Assembly (NCBI GenBank): GCA_963669415.2
Contig: CAXXPS010000001.1
Location: 499,614 to 563,613 of the forward strand
Origin: Rhizobiaceae bacterium
GTDB lineage: Bacteria > Pseudomonadota > Alphaproteobacteria > Rhizobiales > Rhizobiaceae
Direction of reading: 5' to 3'
DNA length: 64,000 nucleotides
The translations under genes were made by a program, and so were the position numbers. This document shows, piece by piece, positions 11,277-20,492 of this stretch; the stretch's first letter is position 1, and each line of letters opens with the position of its first letter. The notes under the pieces were generated by a model that ran no database searches, was not told where the DNA came from, and was given only the letters and a program-made list of their open reading frames with translations.

Positions 11277-12251
11277 CTATGACCGCAATTTCCGCATTGG
11301 GCGCGTGGGCATGCCGGTTCGGTATTCGCTCGGCGTGACACCAAACCTGGCCTTGAAGTTGCGCACCAGGCTCGGCTGGTTTTCAATTCCCCATTTCCGC
11401 GAGATGTCGCCGATGGAGTGGCGCGACAGGCGGCTGTCTTTCAAATCAGCGGCAATTCTGTCCAGCCGCATTTGCCGAATGGTCGACGAGATCGATTTGC
11501 CGTCGCGTTGATAAATTTCCGACAGTCGGCGTACAGACATACCCATCGCGGCGGCTAGCGCCGTGCGGCCAAAATTCTGATCATAAAGATTTGACCGGAT
11601 CAACGCGTTGGATCGCATGATGATCTGATGTTCGGGATTGCTCAGATGATATTTGGACTGATCGATCGAGGCAAAGCCGGTCACGAACAGATCAATGATG
11701 GATTCCTGCGCACATTGCGCCACGGCGTCATTTGATTGCTCCATCGCGCCAACCAGTCTCAAGACGGCGTCATTGACCACACTGCCAATCAGGCCTTGGC
11801 CCGAAACACGAATACCGGTGATAAGATCGGCGTTCGGCAGCCGGCTCAGCAGATCGTCCCTCGGCACCTGCACAACCAGCTGCCGGAAACCGTTTGGCAG
11901 CTCCAGGCGATAGCGATCGACGCTTGAATAAAGCGCGAAGTCACCTGGCTTCAAAAGCGCCTGGCGATCACATTGCTCTACAACACCATCGTTGGTCAGC
12001 TGCAGGCTGATCAAAAAGCTTTCGTCACTCGATCGCAAAATATCGCGTTTGCGGCGATGCACCGTCTGGCCACTGCCGCCGACAAACGATGTCGAAAGCC
12101 GCGACATTCGGTTGAGAATGATTTCGCCGTTGAAGCGATCCGGATCCTCGCACTCACAATCGAGCAGCACATAGGTGTCGCACACGGCTTCGCGCCAATA
12201 GGCAAACCGCTCATGCTTTCCTACACTGTTTGTGCTCAGGAGCGTCGACAT
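11277..12251 (-). CDS. AraC family transcriptional regulator, divergent from the nitrilase gene
   Basis: 324 aa with a C-terminal AraC HTH pair (MGMSVRRLSEIYQRDG ... IGDISRKWGIENQPSLVRNFKARFGVTPSEYR) and an N-terminal ligand-binding-like domain. Confidence 0.85.
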   Translation of the reverse strand: MSTLLSTNSVGKHERFAYWREAVCDTYVLLDCECEDPDRFNGEIILNRMSRLSTSFVGGSGQTVHRRKRDILRSSDESFLISLQLTNDGVVEQCDRQALLKPGDFALYSSVDRYRLELPNGFRQLVVQVPRDDLLSRLPNADLITGIRVSGQGLIGSVVNDAVLRLVGAMEQSNDAVAQCAQESIIDLFVTGFASIDQSKYHLSNPEHQIIMRSNALIRSNLYDQNFGRTALAAAMGMSVRRLSEIYQRDGKSISSTIRQMRLDRIAADLKDSRLSRHSIGDISRKWGIENQPSLVRNFKARFGVTPSEYRTGMPTRPMRKLRS

Positions 12252-12410
12252 ATCGCTCGGTCCTTCCCGTTGGGAAGTCTAGCAAAAATGGCCTAAAATG
12301 CGAAATAATTCGCGATTTCCGCCCAAAACAGCGGTATTTTGCGCCTAAAACGGCAAATTGCCCGTGCCAAACTGAGTGCAACATCCAATTTACACATGAA
12401 GGAGCGTTGC

Positions 12411-13430
12411 ATGTCCGCACCATTCAAGGCAGCCGTTGTTCAGGCGGCACCGGTATTTCTCGATCTCGACAAAAGCGTTGACAAAGCAATCCGGTTGATT
12501 GAGGAGGCCGCCGCCAAGGGCGTGAAGCTGATCGCCTTTCCAGAAACGTGGCTGCCCGGATACCCCTGGTATATCTGGTTGGACGCGACGGCGCTGACCA
12601 TGCAGTTTGTGCCGCAATATGCCGCCAATTCCATCGTCGAGGGCAGCGAACAGGACCAGCGGCTGGCAGAGGCGGCAAAGCGGAACGATATCCACGTCGT
12701 CATGGGCCTGTCGTGGAACATCAACGGCACGCTCTATATGGGCCAGTGGCATTACGGCCCCGATGGCGAGATGATTTCGAGGCGACGTAAGCTGAAGCCC
12801 ACCCATGTTGAGCGTACAGTCTACGGTGAGGGTGACGGCAGCGACATGGTCGTCAAGGATACCGAACTTGGACGCATCGGCGCGCTGTGCTGCTGGGAGC
12901 ACATTCAGCCGCTCAACAAATACGCCATGTTTTCCCAGAACGAACAGATCCATATCGCATCTTGGCCGAGTTTTTCGCTTTATGAAGGCGGCGCCTATGC
13001 GCTCGGTCCCGAGGTCAACACTGCCGCGAGCCGCATCTATGCGGTGGAAGGTCAGTGCTTCGTGCTTGCCGCCTGCGCCACCGTCTCCGACGAGATGGTC
13101 GAGTTATTGTGCGACACGCCGGTCAAGCAGCAATTGTTGAAAAAGGGCGGCGGCTACGCCCGCATCTTCGGGCCCGATGGTTCGCCGCTGGGTGAAAATC
13201 TCAAGCCCGACGAAGAAGGCCTGGTCATTGCTGATATCGACCTGTCGATGATAGCGATCGGCAAGGCGGCCGCCGATCCGTGCGGTCACTACTCAAGACC
13301 GGACGTCTTCCGCCTGATGTTCAACAGAAACCCCAGCCCCGCAGTGATGGCCTTTGACAACAATGAAGCCAAATCTATCAGCGAGTTGGAGCCTGCCGAA
13401 CCTGCGGTAACGCAGGAGGCAGCGGAATAG
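12411..13430 (+). CDS. nitrilase (carbon-nitrogen hydrolase superfamily, branch 1)
   Basis: The elements FPETWLPGYP (Glu), RRRKLKPTHVER (Lys) and GALCCWEH (nucleophile Cys) together form the E-K-C triad. The GAAGGAG RBS lies 6 nt before ATG 12411, so the longer 12339 start is rejected. Confidence 0.9.
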   Translation: MSAPFKAAVVQAAPVFLDLDKSVDKAIRLIEEAAAKGVKLIAFPETWLPGYPWYIWLDATALTMQFVPQYAANSIVEGSEQDQRLAEAAKRNDIHVVMGLSWNINGTLYMGQWHYGPDGEMISRRRKLKPTHVERTVYGEGDGSDMVVKDTELGRIGALCCWEHIQPLNKYAMFSQNEQIHIASWPSFSLYEGGAYALGPEVNTAASRIYAVEGQCFVLAACATVSDEMVELLCDTPVKQQLLKKGGGYARIFGPDGSPLGENLKPDEEGLVIADIDLSMIAIGKAAADPCGHYSRPDVFRLMFNRNPSPAVMAFDNNEAKSISELEPAEPAVTQEAAE

Positions 13431-13480
13431 CGTAGATTGGCGCATCCTGAACCTTCCAAGTCCAATCCGTACAGGAGCAC

Positions 13481-14149
13481 ATGATGCTGACCGCTGACGA
13501 ATTTTATACTGCCGAGCAACGAGCGCTGCAGAAAGATCATGGCAGTGCAAAACTGGCCGATACGGTTGTCGCGGCCATCGTACGCGACGAGATCGAGGAG
13601 CCGCATATACCCTTCATTGAAAGCAGGGATTTTTTCTTCCTGTCGACTGTCAGCGCCGAGGGCGAACCGACCGTCAGCTACAAGGGCGGGCCGGTCGGTG
13701 TGGTCAAGGTGATGGATTCAAAGACACTCATCTTCCCGAGCTATGACGGCAACGGCATGTTCAAGTCGATGGGCAATATCAAAGCGGCATCAAAAATCGG
13801 CCTGTTGTTCATCGATATGGAAACGCCCAACCGCATTCGCGTTCAGGGCAATGCGAAACTGTCGAAGGACGATCCGGAGCTAGCGCGATATCCGGGTGCG
13901 AACCTGATTGTCCGCGTAGACGTGACGGCCTGCTTCCTCAACTGCGCGCGTTACATCCACAAGCACAAACGGGTCTCCGATAGTCCCTATGTTCCTGACG
14001 AAGCAGGAGAGCAGCCGCACCCGTCATGGAAGCGCATCGACATGGTGCAGGATTCTTTGCCGAACTCCGCCCGCGCCAAAACCGAAGCCGAAGGCGGTAC
14101 CATCACCTTTGACGATTACGAGGACAAGCTGATGGCCGGTGAATCGTGA
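13481..14149 (+). CDS. pyridoxamine 5'-phosphate oxidase-like FMN-binding (split-barrel) protein
   Basis: 222 aa. The pattern FFFLSTVSAEGEPTVSYKGG ... FPSYDGNGMFKSMGNI ... IGLLFIDMETPNRIRVQG is typical of PNPOx-related flavoproteins. An AGGAG RBS lies upstream. Confidence 0.6.
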   Translation: MMLTADEFYTAEQRALQKDHGSAKLADTVVAAIVRDEIEEPHIPFIESRDFFFLSTVSAEGEPTVSYKGGPVGVVKVMDSKTLIFPSYDGNGMFKSMGNIKAASKIGLLFIDMETPNRIRVQGNAKLSKDDPELARYPGANLIVRVDVTACFLNCARYIHKHKRVSDSPYVPDEAGEQPHPSWKRIDMVQDSLPNSARAKTEAEGGTITFDDYEDKLMAGES

Positions 14150-14173
14150 GGCCCATAACGTCAAGACTCACCG

Positions 14174-14701
14174 TCAGCTCTCTCCGGTAACGTAGTTGAA
14201 GGATCCCAGTACGAGTTGCATCACCACGGACAGTTCCTCATCCGAACCAGGAGTGTAGATCATTACGAAACCTTCCCAGCCCGGCCGCTGATCGGCCCAG
14301 GGGTGGTAGGTCGCCCAGCCGAGCTCAACAGCCTTTTTTGCAAGCTCTGGCGAAAGCGACGCATGCAGGCTGCCATCGGGATGCATATGGGCGAATTCGC
14401 GACCGCCGACGATGGCATGCGGCCGGGTGATCGTCACATTCTCGGTAATCCAAAAACCCTTGGCGCCGGGCAGCGAGATCACCGTGGCGCGAATGTCAAC
14501 ACCCGGAATTGCCGACACCCTGCGCAGCAGTTCCGCAGAAATCTCAGGGTCCGGCGTAACACCCAACTGAATGTGTGGTACGCCATTTGTCGTTCGTGGA
14601 ATGGGACTTTCCCGGCGCGGCAGGCTTGAAGTTTCCGCCATCGCCATTGCCACAACGGATGCGAGCAAAAGGCCGATCAGCAGAGACTTCAGTTTCGTCA
14701 T
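14174..14701 (-). CDS. secreted luciferase-domain (DUF5519-like) protein
   Basis: It has an N-terminal signal peptide (LLIGLLLASVVAMAMA). The motif REFAHMHPDGSLHASL ... GWATYHP ... MIYTPGSDEEL matches my recollection of the DUF5519 family. Confidence 0.4.
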   Translation of the reverse strand: MTKLKSLLIGLLLASVVAMAMAETSSLPRRESPIPRTTNGVPHIQLGVTPDPEISAELLRRVSAIPGVDIRATVISLPGAKGFWITENVTITRPHAIVGGREFAHMHPDGSLHASLSPELAKKAVELGWATYHPWADQRPGWEGFVMIYTPGSDEELSVVMQLVLGSFNYVTGES

Positions 14702-14782
14702 TGAGCGTTTTCCCAGATGTTCTCAAACGGCAGACCTACCTCAAACCCAAAGATCCGGCAGGTCCACCGCCATAAAACAATC

Positions 14783-15256
14783 CTACTCTTTCGGCGCCCG
14801 GAAATCATCGTGGCAGCCGCTGCAGCCAGCGCCGACTGCGCCAATATTGGCACGGATGGCGTCGACGCCGTTGCCTGCTTCTGCAGCCATCTTCTCCGCC
14901 GCGACGGTCAGCGCCTGATGCTTTGCGCCAACTTCCGGAAAACTGCTCCAAATCACCGCTTTGGCCCAGGTCAGTTTCTCGTTTCCGGCCGTTTCCAAGT
15001 CGGAACCTTTCGGCCACATAGCCATGTTGTTCATCTTGGCGGCAGCGACAAGATTGTCCGCCGAGGCTTTGGCGAGGTCGGCATTGTAGTCCATTTCGCC
15101 TTTCGCCATGGCGCCAAGAATTCCGAGGTTGAATGCATAAAGTTGCATGAAAGATTGGCGCGCCTTGATTTGCCAGTCGAAATCACCTGCCGATGCAGGC
15201 GCCAGCACACTGGCTGCAAGCAGCAGCGATGCTGCCGTAAGCAAATATTTTCTCAT
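14783..15256 (-). CDS. cytochrome c' (class II c-type cytochrome)
   Basis: 157 aa with a signal peptide, a four-helix-bundle-like sequence and a C-terminal CSGCH haem-binding motif. A GGAGGA RBS precedes ATG 15256. The annotated 438-aa ORF is an artefactual upstream extension. Confidence 0.85.
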   Translation of the reverse strand: MRKYLLTAASLLLAASVLAPASAGDFDWQIKARQSFMQLYAFNLGILGAMAKGEMDYNADLAKASADNLVAAAKMNNMAMWPKGSDLETAGNEKLTWAKAVIWSSFPEVGAKHQALTVAAEKMAAEAGNGVDAIRANIGAVGAGCSGCHDDFRAPKE

Positions 15257-15346
15257 GTTGAGTTCCTCCGGTGGATTGCGACGACCATTTACCCGGGCCA
15301 TCTGGATAGTGTAAATTGAGCAATTGGAGCGAAAGGATGTGCACAA

Positions 15347-16240
15347 ATGCACAACACCCGTTGGAGTGACCTGGAATATGTCCTCGCTGTTGCCGCCAAG
15401 GGTTCGCTGGCGGCAGCGGCGCGCGAACTGAACGTCAACCATTCGACGGTTCAGCGCCGGGTGCAGGCATTTGAGCGGCAGACCAACATCAAGATTTTCG
15501 AGCGTCTTCGCAGCGGCTACCGTCCGACACCGGAGGGCGAGATGTTTCTCGACGCAGCGCAGTCGATCCAGACGATCGTGAGCGATCTCGACCGCAAGAT
15601 CGTCGGCAGCGACAAGGGCTTGAGCGGTCAGCTTTCGATCACCACGACCGACGCGATATTTCCCGCACTTGCCGCCGACATCAGCGCATTTCAGTTTGCC
15701 CATCCGAAGATCATCACCGATATCATCATTACCAATGACCGGCTGGATCTGGACCGGCGCGATGCCGATATCGCCATTCGCGCTTCCAACCAGCCGCCAC
15801 CGCATCTGGTTGGCCGCAGGGTGTGCGGGGTCAATTTCGGGGTCTACGCCACGCGGACGGTGGTCGAAGAGATGGCGCAGAAACCGATCGACCGGCGGCA
15901 ATGGCTTGGCCTCGAATATCCGCTCAGGGCATCGCCCGCAGGCGAATGGATGGACGCCGAAATTCCTGCGAGCCGAGTGGCTTTGCGGGCGAGCAGCTTT
16001 ACCGCCCTGTGCGAACTTGCCGGTCACAATCTGGGCCATGTCATCCTGCCTCGACATGTCGGCGAGGCGTCTCCGAAACTGATTCTGGTGCCGTTCCATC
16101 TTGGCCTGCCAACGGTAGGATTATGGCTGCTATCGCACCGCGATATCCTCCGCTCGCCGCGGGTGCGGATAGCGACGGATTTCCTGTACGATTCGCTCAG
16201 GCGAAAGCGCACGGAATTTGAAGGACCGGAAAATAGTTGA
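15347..16240 (+). CDS. LysR family transcriptional regulator
   Basis: N-terminal wHTH (LEYVLAVAAKGSLAAAARELNVNHSTVQRRV) followed by a LysR substrate-binding domain. It is divergent from the cytochrome c' gene. Confidence 0.9.
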   Translation: MHNTRWSDLEYVLAVAAKGSLAAAARELNVNHSTVQRRVQAFERQTNIKIFERLRSGYRPTPEGEMFLDAAQSIQTIVSDLDRKIVGSDKGLSGQLSITTTDAIFPALAADISAFQFAHPKIITDIIITNDRLDLDRRDADIAIRASNQPPPHLVGRRVCGVNFGVYATRTVVEEMAQKPIDRRQWLGLEYPLRASPAGEWMDAEIPASRVALRASSFTALCELAGHNLGHVILPRHVGEASPKLILVPFHLGLPTVGLWLLSHRDILRSPRVRIATDFLYDSLRRKRTEFEGPENS

Positions 16241-16255
16241 AACTTGCGAAAGGAA

Positions 16256-16894
16256 TCACGGCGGTTGCCGCTGGCACTCCTGCGCCAGCCAGTGGCATTC
16301 GTTCAAAATGTCGTCGACCGGCTCGCGCGGACGTTTGCGGTGACCCGGCGGGTGGCCGGGACGGATGGGCCCGACCCTGCCGGGTCCGGGTTCGGCTTGA
16401 GCGCGCCTGGCCATCAGCCGGTTGAGCCGCCGCGCCTGTCTTGGCAGCGTGTGCAACGCGTATTGCAGCTTGCGGATACGGCGAATGAGATTGACCGCCT
16501 GCAACGTGTCATCCGGTTTCTTCAGCGGCACCGGATCGAAAATGCCGGGCAAGCAGATGCGCGGAATGCCGTTGGCGACCGGCCGTGAAAATTCGCCGAA
16601 CGTCTTGCGTGGATCGATCAGTTGGAAAGCAGGCAAGGTGTCGCAGGTGGCGAAACTGGAGAAATCGGGTAGGGGAATTTCCTTTGCATTCACGCCGTCG
16701 TCTCCCCGCTCTCGCACCCTTTGGCTGAGCATCGCCGCAACAACGACAATCAACCGTCTCAGCGCCGATTCTGCCGGACGCAGGATGCGGAGCACGGAAC
16801 GCCGCGTTTCTTCCCGCTGTGCCAGCGCGACCAGCCCGGCGATAACAGCTCCAAGTGCCTGGCGGTTTCTTTGAATCGCGATTTTCCAGTCCAT
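16256..16894 (-). CDS. hypothetical protein
   Basis: 212-aa ORF with coding-like composition. I recognise no family. Confidence 0.45.
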   Translation of the reverse strand: MDWKIAIQRNRQALGAVIAGLVALAQREETRRSVLRILRPAESALRRLIVVVAAMLSQRVRERGDDGVNAKEIPLPDFSSFATCDTLPAFQLIDPRKTFGEFSRPVANGIPRICLPGIFDPVPLKKPDDTLQAVNLIRRIRKLQYALHTLPRQARRLNRLMARRAQAEPGPGRVGPIRPGHPPGHRKRPREPVDDILNECHWLAQECQRQPP

Positions 16895-17176
16895 GCTCGG
16901 TTCTCCAGATAACCGGGCAGGATAAGGGAGGTTTGGAAAGCGTGGATTACATTTTTACTGTTTCTGTTTTCAGCCCTTCGCTTTGAGGGTTGAATGGAAG
17001 CCGGGATCCCAAGGATATCGCCGTGGGATCCCGTGCTGCAGGCGGGTTTAGCGTGGATGAGTCTTTGACGACCGCAACTTATCTTATCCCCCTGCAGCAT
17101 CATCTGTTCATCCGAACGGTAGAGTGGCCCTCATGCGAGCGGCCGTATGTAATCCAGGACAAACGGACATTGCATC

Positions 17177-17290
17177 ATGACCAAACCCTCCAATACCGGC
17201 AAGACCATTATCGCCTTTGAAGTCTCCAAGGCGTCACTGACGGTAGATAAGATTTTATGGACGAGTGGCGGTATCACTGGTCTCCATTGA
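17177..17290 (+). pseudogene. possible IS110-family transposase N-terminal remnant (37 codons)
   Basis: The short ORF MTKPSNTGKTIIAFEVSKASLTV... loosely resembles the hhGIDVSK..L.V start of DEDD (IS110) transposases. It stops after 37 aa and lies in a 430-bp gene-free gap. Confidence 0.2.
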
Positions 17291-17329
17291 TGACCATCGG
17301 GTAGATAGATCTGGATCGTCAAGAAAATT

Positions 17330-18106
17330 GTGGAGCAGCCCATGGAAACATTTGCCAAATATCCGAGCCTGGAAGGAGCAACGGTTTTCGTTACCGGCGG
17401 TGCTTCCGGGATCGGCGCTGATATCGTATCTGCCTTCGCCGCTCAGGGCGCCAGTGTTGGTTTCATAGACCTCGATGCAGAAAGTGGCACTGCACTGTCC
17501 AGGAAGTTGAAATCCAATGGTGCGAAAATCGTTTTTGAGCAGTGCGACTTGCGCGACATCGATGCGTTGAAGTCCGCTTTCAAGAACCTTCGCGAGCACC
17601 TTGGTCGTCCCAGCGTTCTGGTCAACAACGCTGCTCGCGATGACAGGCATGATTGGCAAGAGGTGACAGCCGACTATTACGATGACCGCATCGCGACCAA
17701 TCTCCGGCATATGTTTTTTGCCATACAAGCAGTTGCACCAGACATGATCGAAGCAGGCGGTGGCTCGATCATCAATATGGGCTCAAATTCGTGGTGGGAA
17801 GCTGGTGGCGGTTTCCCTGTTTATGCAACCGCAAAAGCAGCAGTGCACGGATTGACCCGAACGATGGCCCGCGATCTTGGCGGGCACCGAATTCGCGTCA
17901 ACACCGTTGTACCGGGTTGGATAATGACGGAAAGGCAAAAAGAGCTTTGGGCGTCACCCGAAGCGCTTGAGCGCCACCGACAGCGACAATGCCTGCCGGA
18001 TCTGATTGAACCAGTTTACGTTGCGCGAATGGTTTTGTTCCTGGCGTCAGATGACGCAGCAATGTGTTCGGCAAATAACTACATGGTTGAGGCTGGTTCG
18101 ATCTAG
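17330..18106 (+). CDS. SDR family oxidoreductase
   Basis: It has the TGGASGIG cofactor motif, NNAA, and the catalytic YATAKAA (YxxxK) motif. 258 aa. Confidence 0.9.
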   Translation: MEQPMETFAKYPSLEGATVFVTGGASGIGADIVSAFAAQGASVGFIDLDAESGTALSRKLKSNGAKIVFEQCDLRDIDALKSAFKNLREHLGRPSVLVNNAARDDRHDWQEVTADYYDDRIATNLRHMFFAIQAVAPDMIEAGGGSIINMGSNSWWEAGGGFPVYATAKAAVHGLTRTMARDLGGHRIRVNTVVPGWIMTERQKELWASPEALERHRQRQCLPDLIEPVYVARMVLFLASDDAAMCSANNYMVEAGSI

Positions 18107-18407
18107 ATTTTTGCGGCGCGAGCATTCGTTCACTTCGAATGTTCAACGTCACCTGGGGTAATCAGCGAACGCTATTCTTCCTTTGGCAGCAAGACGCGGC
18201 TGAAAATGATGCCGCTTTTCCGCGCCAAGGTTGCATCTGGTCGCCGCTTCACCGCGGATTCCTGCAATTATCTTAGCGATTGCCGATAAATCCCGTTCAC
18301 GCGGTTGTGAACAGGTCAATTTCCATATTAGAATTCTCTTGTCTGGCAGAGGGGCTCGCTGTTGCCAGATAATAGAATGTAACAACAATAATAAAGTGGA
18401 GGAATAC

Positions 18408-20333
18408 ATGGTGTATCGAATAAAATCGAAAAAATTGCAAAACTTCATTGCTACAACAATACTCGCGACCGGAGTTATGGCGACGGGCGCCGGTGGCCAC
18501 GACAGCCCCAATGACGGCCACATTCCTCCCAATGTCAATTACGGTTTTGAAGTGGTCGCCCGCGACTTGTTGGCGGGAGTAGCCGACGGCCTCTATACCG
18601 ATGTCTGGTCGCATGACGGCTTCGCCTATATCGGCACTTTTCAGGAGCCCAACTGCACTGACGCCGGCGTTTTCATCGTCGACATTGAACAAGCGATTGC
18701 CAATTACCCGGCGATGGAAGGTGCGACCGTTGCCGAGATTCGTTCGGCGCCCAATACCCGCATCAACGATGTCAAAGTGCACCGGGTCGGCGACAAGGAT
18801 GTGCTGATCACGACGCAGGAACCATGCGGAAAAGACATTCCCGGCTGGGCCGTGGCCGACGCAAATGCCAATGGTAACGGACCTGCCTTTCAGATCGGAC
18901 AGGGCGGCATCAGCCTTTACGATGTCACCGATCCGTCAAAGCCGAAGGCATTGAAGAAGAACTATCTGGAATTTGAAGGTGTTCACAATACGTTTCCGTG
19001 GAGTTGGGAGGGCAAGAGCTATCTGATCGCCACGGCCGATACGTTCGATTTCTTCGATACCGTGTTCATCGATATCTCCAAGCCGCAATCACCGACATTG
19101 CTAAAGATTACCGGTGCTCTGGACTGGGTTCCTCAGGGTTTGAACCTGGATCAGCTGGAGACCGGATCATCGGGTGGCATTTTCAATCACGATGTCTGGG
19201 TCAATGAAATTGATGGTGTTCCGACCGCTGTGGTCTCCTACTGGGACGCAGGCTTCGTCACGCTGGACGTGTCCGATCCGGCCAATCCTTTGTTCCTCGA
19301 TGACAGCACGTATCCTGCGACGAATATCAGCGGTCAGCCCTATGAAGGCAACGCCCATGCGGCGGTCTTCGGTAGCAACGGGGACTATATCTTCGGCGGG
19401 GACGAGGACTTTTCCGACAGCAGCTTCGGGATTTCCCACAATGGAAATTCGTATCCGGCCGGCGTGGCCCTCTTTGGCCCGCCATCAATCGGGCTTTCGG
19501 GTGATGAAGTTGTCTGGACAGGCGGCGAAGGCTGCTCGGTCGGCGAAGTGCCTGCAGCAACCGGCGCCAACCAGGTCGCGCTTATCCAGCGTGGGTCGTG
19601 CTTCTTCCAGGATAAGGCGGAAAGCGCAGAGGCGCAGGGCTATGTCGGCTATATCGTCGCCAACGACGCCGCCCGGGGCGATGCGCTGATCAACATGTCG
19701 GGTTCCGGCAGTGGTGTTCCTGTGACCATTCCCGGCGTCTTTGTCGGGTTTTCGGCAGGTGAAGCAATGAAGGCGTTTGGAGTTGCTCCGGTCAGCGCAG
19801 GTTCAGTGTACGATGGGTGGGGATACCTTCACATCATCAACAACACCGGTTCGACGATCACCGTTCCTTCAATGGGCATGGCCAACCCCGCAACCATGGA
19901 TGTGCCGACCGGGCATCATCTGGGGTACTATGCGCCGGCTGAAACCGTTGAAGATACCGGCCTTGGCACCGATTTTGGCGACCTGACGATGCACAACATC
20001 GAGGCCGATCCGCTGACGCAGGACGTCGTGCCGTCGTTTGACGCCGGACCGCGCATGTTCATCTCGTGGTATTCGCTCGGCATGCGCGCTGTCGAATACC
20101 GCCCTGGCCATTATCATACCAACAGCAATGGCGAAGGCAGCTATTCACAGAACGTCCACGAGGTTGGCCGGTTCATCGCTGAAGAGGGATCGAACTTCTG
20201 GGGCATTCACATTGACGAGGACGAGGACGGGGATCAGATCATCCTGGCGTCCGACCGCAACACCGGTCTTTGGATTTTCAAGTTCCAGTGCACCGACGAA
20301 GTCACGGGCGAGCCCTTCTATTGCCGGCGCTAG
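18408..20333 (+). CDS. secreted LVIVD-repeat beta-propeller protein with inserted PA (protease-associated) domain
   Basis: A GGAGGA RBS precedes ATG 18408, and a signal-like N-terminus follows. LVIVD-type repeats are present (GVFIVDIEQ, ISLYDVTDPSKPKAL, TVFIDISKPQSPTLL, FVTLDVSDPANPLFL). The PA-like block is ALIQRGSCFFQDKAESAEAQGYVGYIVAND...IPGVFVG. Confidence 0.7.
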   Translation: MVYRIKSKKLQNFIATTILATGVMATGAGGHDSPNDGHIPPNVNYGFEVVARDLLAGVADGLYTDVWSHDGFAYIGTFQEPNCTDAGVFIVDIEQAIANYPAMEGATVAEIRSAPNTRINDVKVHRVGDKDVLITTQEPCGKDIPGWAVADANANGNGPAFQIGQGGISLYDVTDPSKPKALKKNYLEFEGVHNTFPWSWEGKSYLIATADTFDFFDTVFIDISKPQSPTLLKITGALDWVPQGLNLDQLETGSSGGIFNHDVWVNEIDGVPTAVVSYWDAGFVTLDVSDPANPLFLDDSTYPATNISGQPYEGNAHAAVFGSNGDYIFGGDEDFSDSSFGISHNGNSYPAGVALFGPPSIGLSGDEVVWTGGEGCSVGEVPAATGANQVALIQRGSCFFQDKAESAEAQGYVGYIVANDAARGDALINMSGSGSGVPVTIPGVFVGFSAGEAMKAFGVAPVSAGSVYDGWGYLHIINNTGSTITVPSMGMANPATMDVPTGHHLGYYAPAETVEDTGLGTDFGDLTMHNIEADPLTQDVVPSFDAGPRMFISWYSLGMRAVEYRPGHYHTNSNGEGSYSQNVHEVGRFIAEEGSNFWGIHIDEDEDGDQIILASDRNTGLWIFKFQCTDEVTGEPFYCRR

Positions 20334-20492
20334 GGCAAAAGTGACTTTGCGAAAACCGTGACGCCGGAGACCCGGCGGATGCGAACAGTAAATGCAGGGG
20401 ACCGGTCTTGCCCGGCCCCCTGCTCACCGTCACCGATGAACGGGCGCCGTAGGTGGCGCCAAGCGAAAGATGGAGACCCTGCCGTGAGCGGC

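Noticed and set aside
10691-11338. 215-aa plus-strand ORF in the third repeat unit
   Set aside because: It spans degenerate repeat leader DNA and then runs antisense into the AraC gene at 11277. It has no RBS and no domain, and the equivalent regions of units 1 and 2 are not open in the same frame.
14783-16099. 438-aa minus-strand ORF
   Set aside because: Only the last 157 codons (14783-15256) form a coherent protein, cytochrome c', with its own GGAGGA RBS and signal peptide. The upstream part is Arg-rich and lies antisense to the well-supported LysR gene.
18231-18407. 59-codon N-terminal extension of the LVIVD/PA protein ORF
   Set aside because: The extension lies in AT-rich leader DNA with an odd composition (CCQIIECNNNNK). 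A GGAGGA RBS and a signal-peptide-like start occur at ATG 18408.
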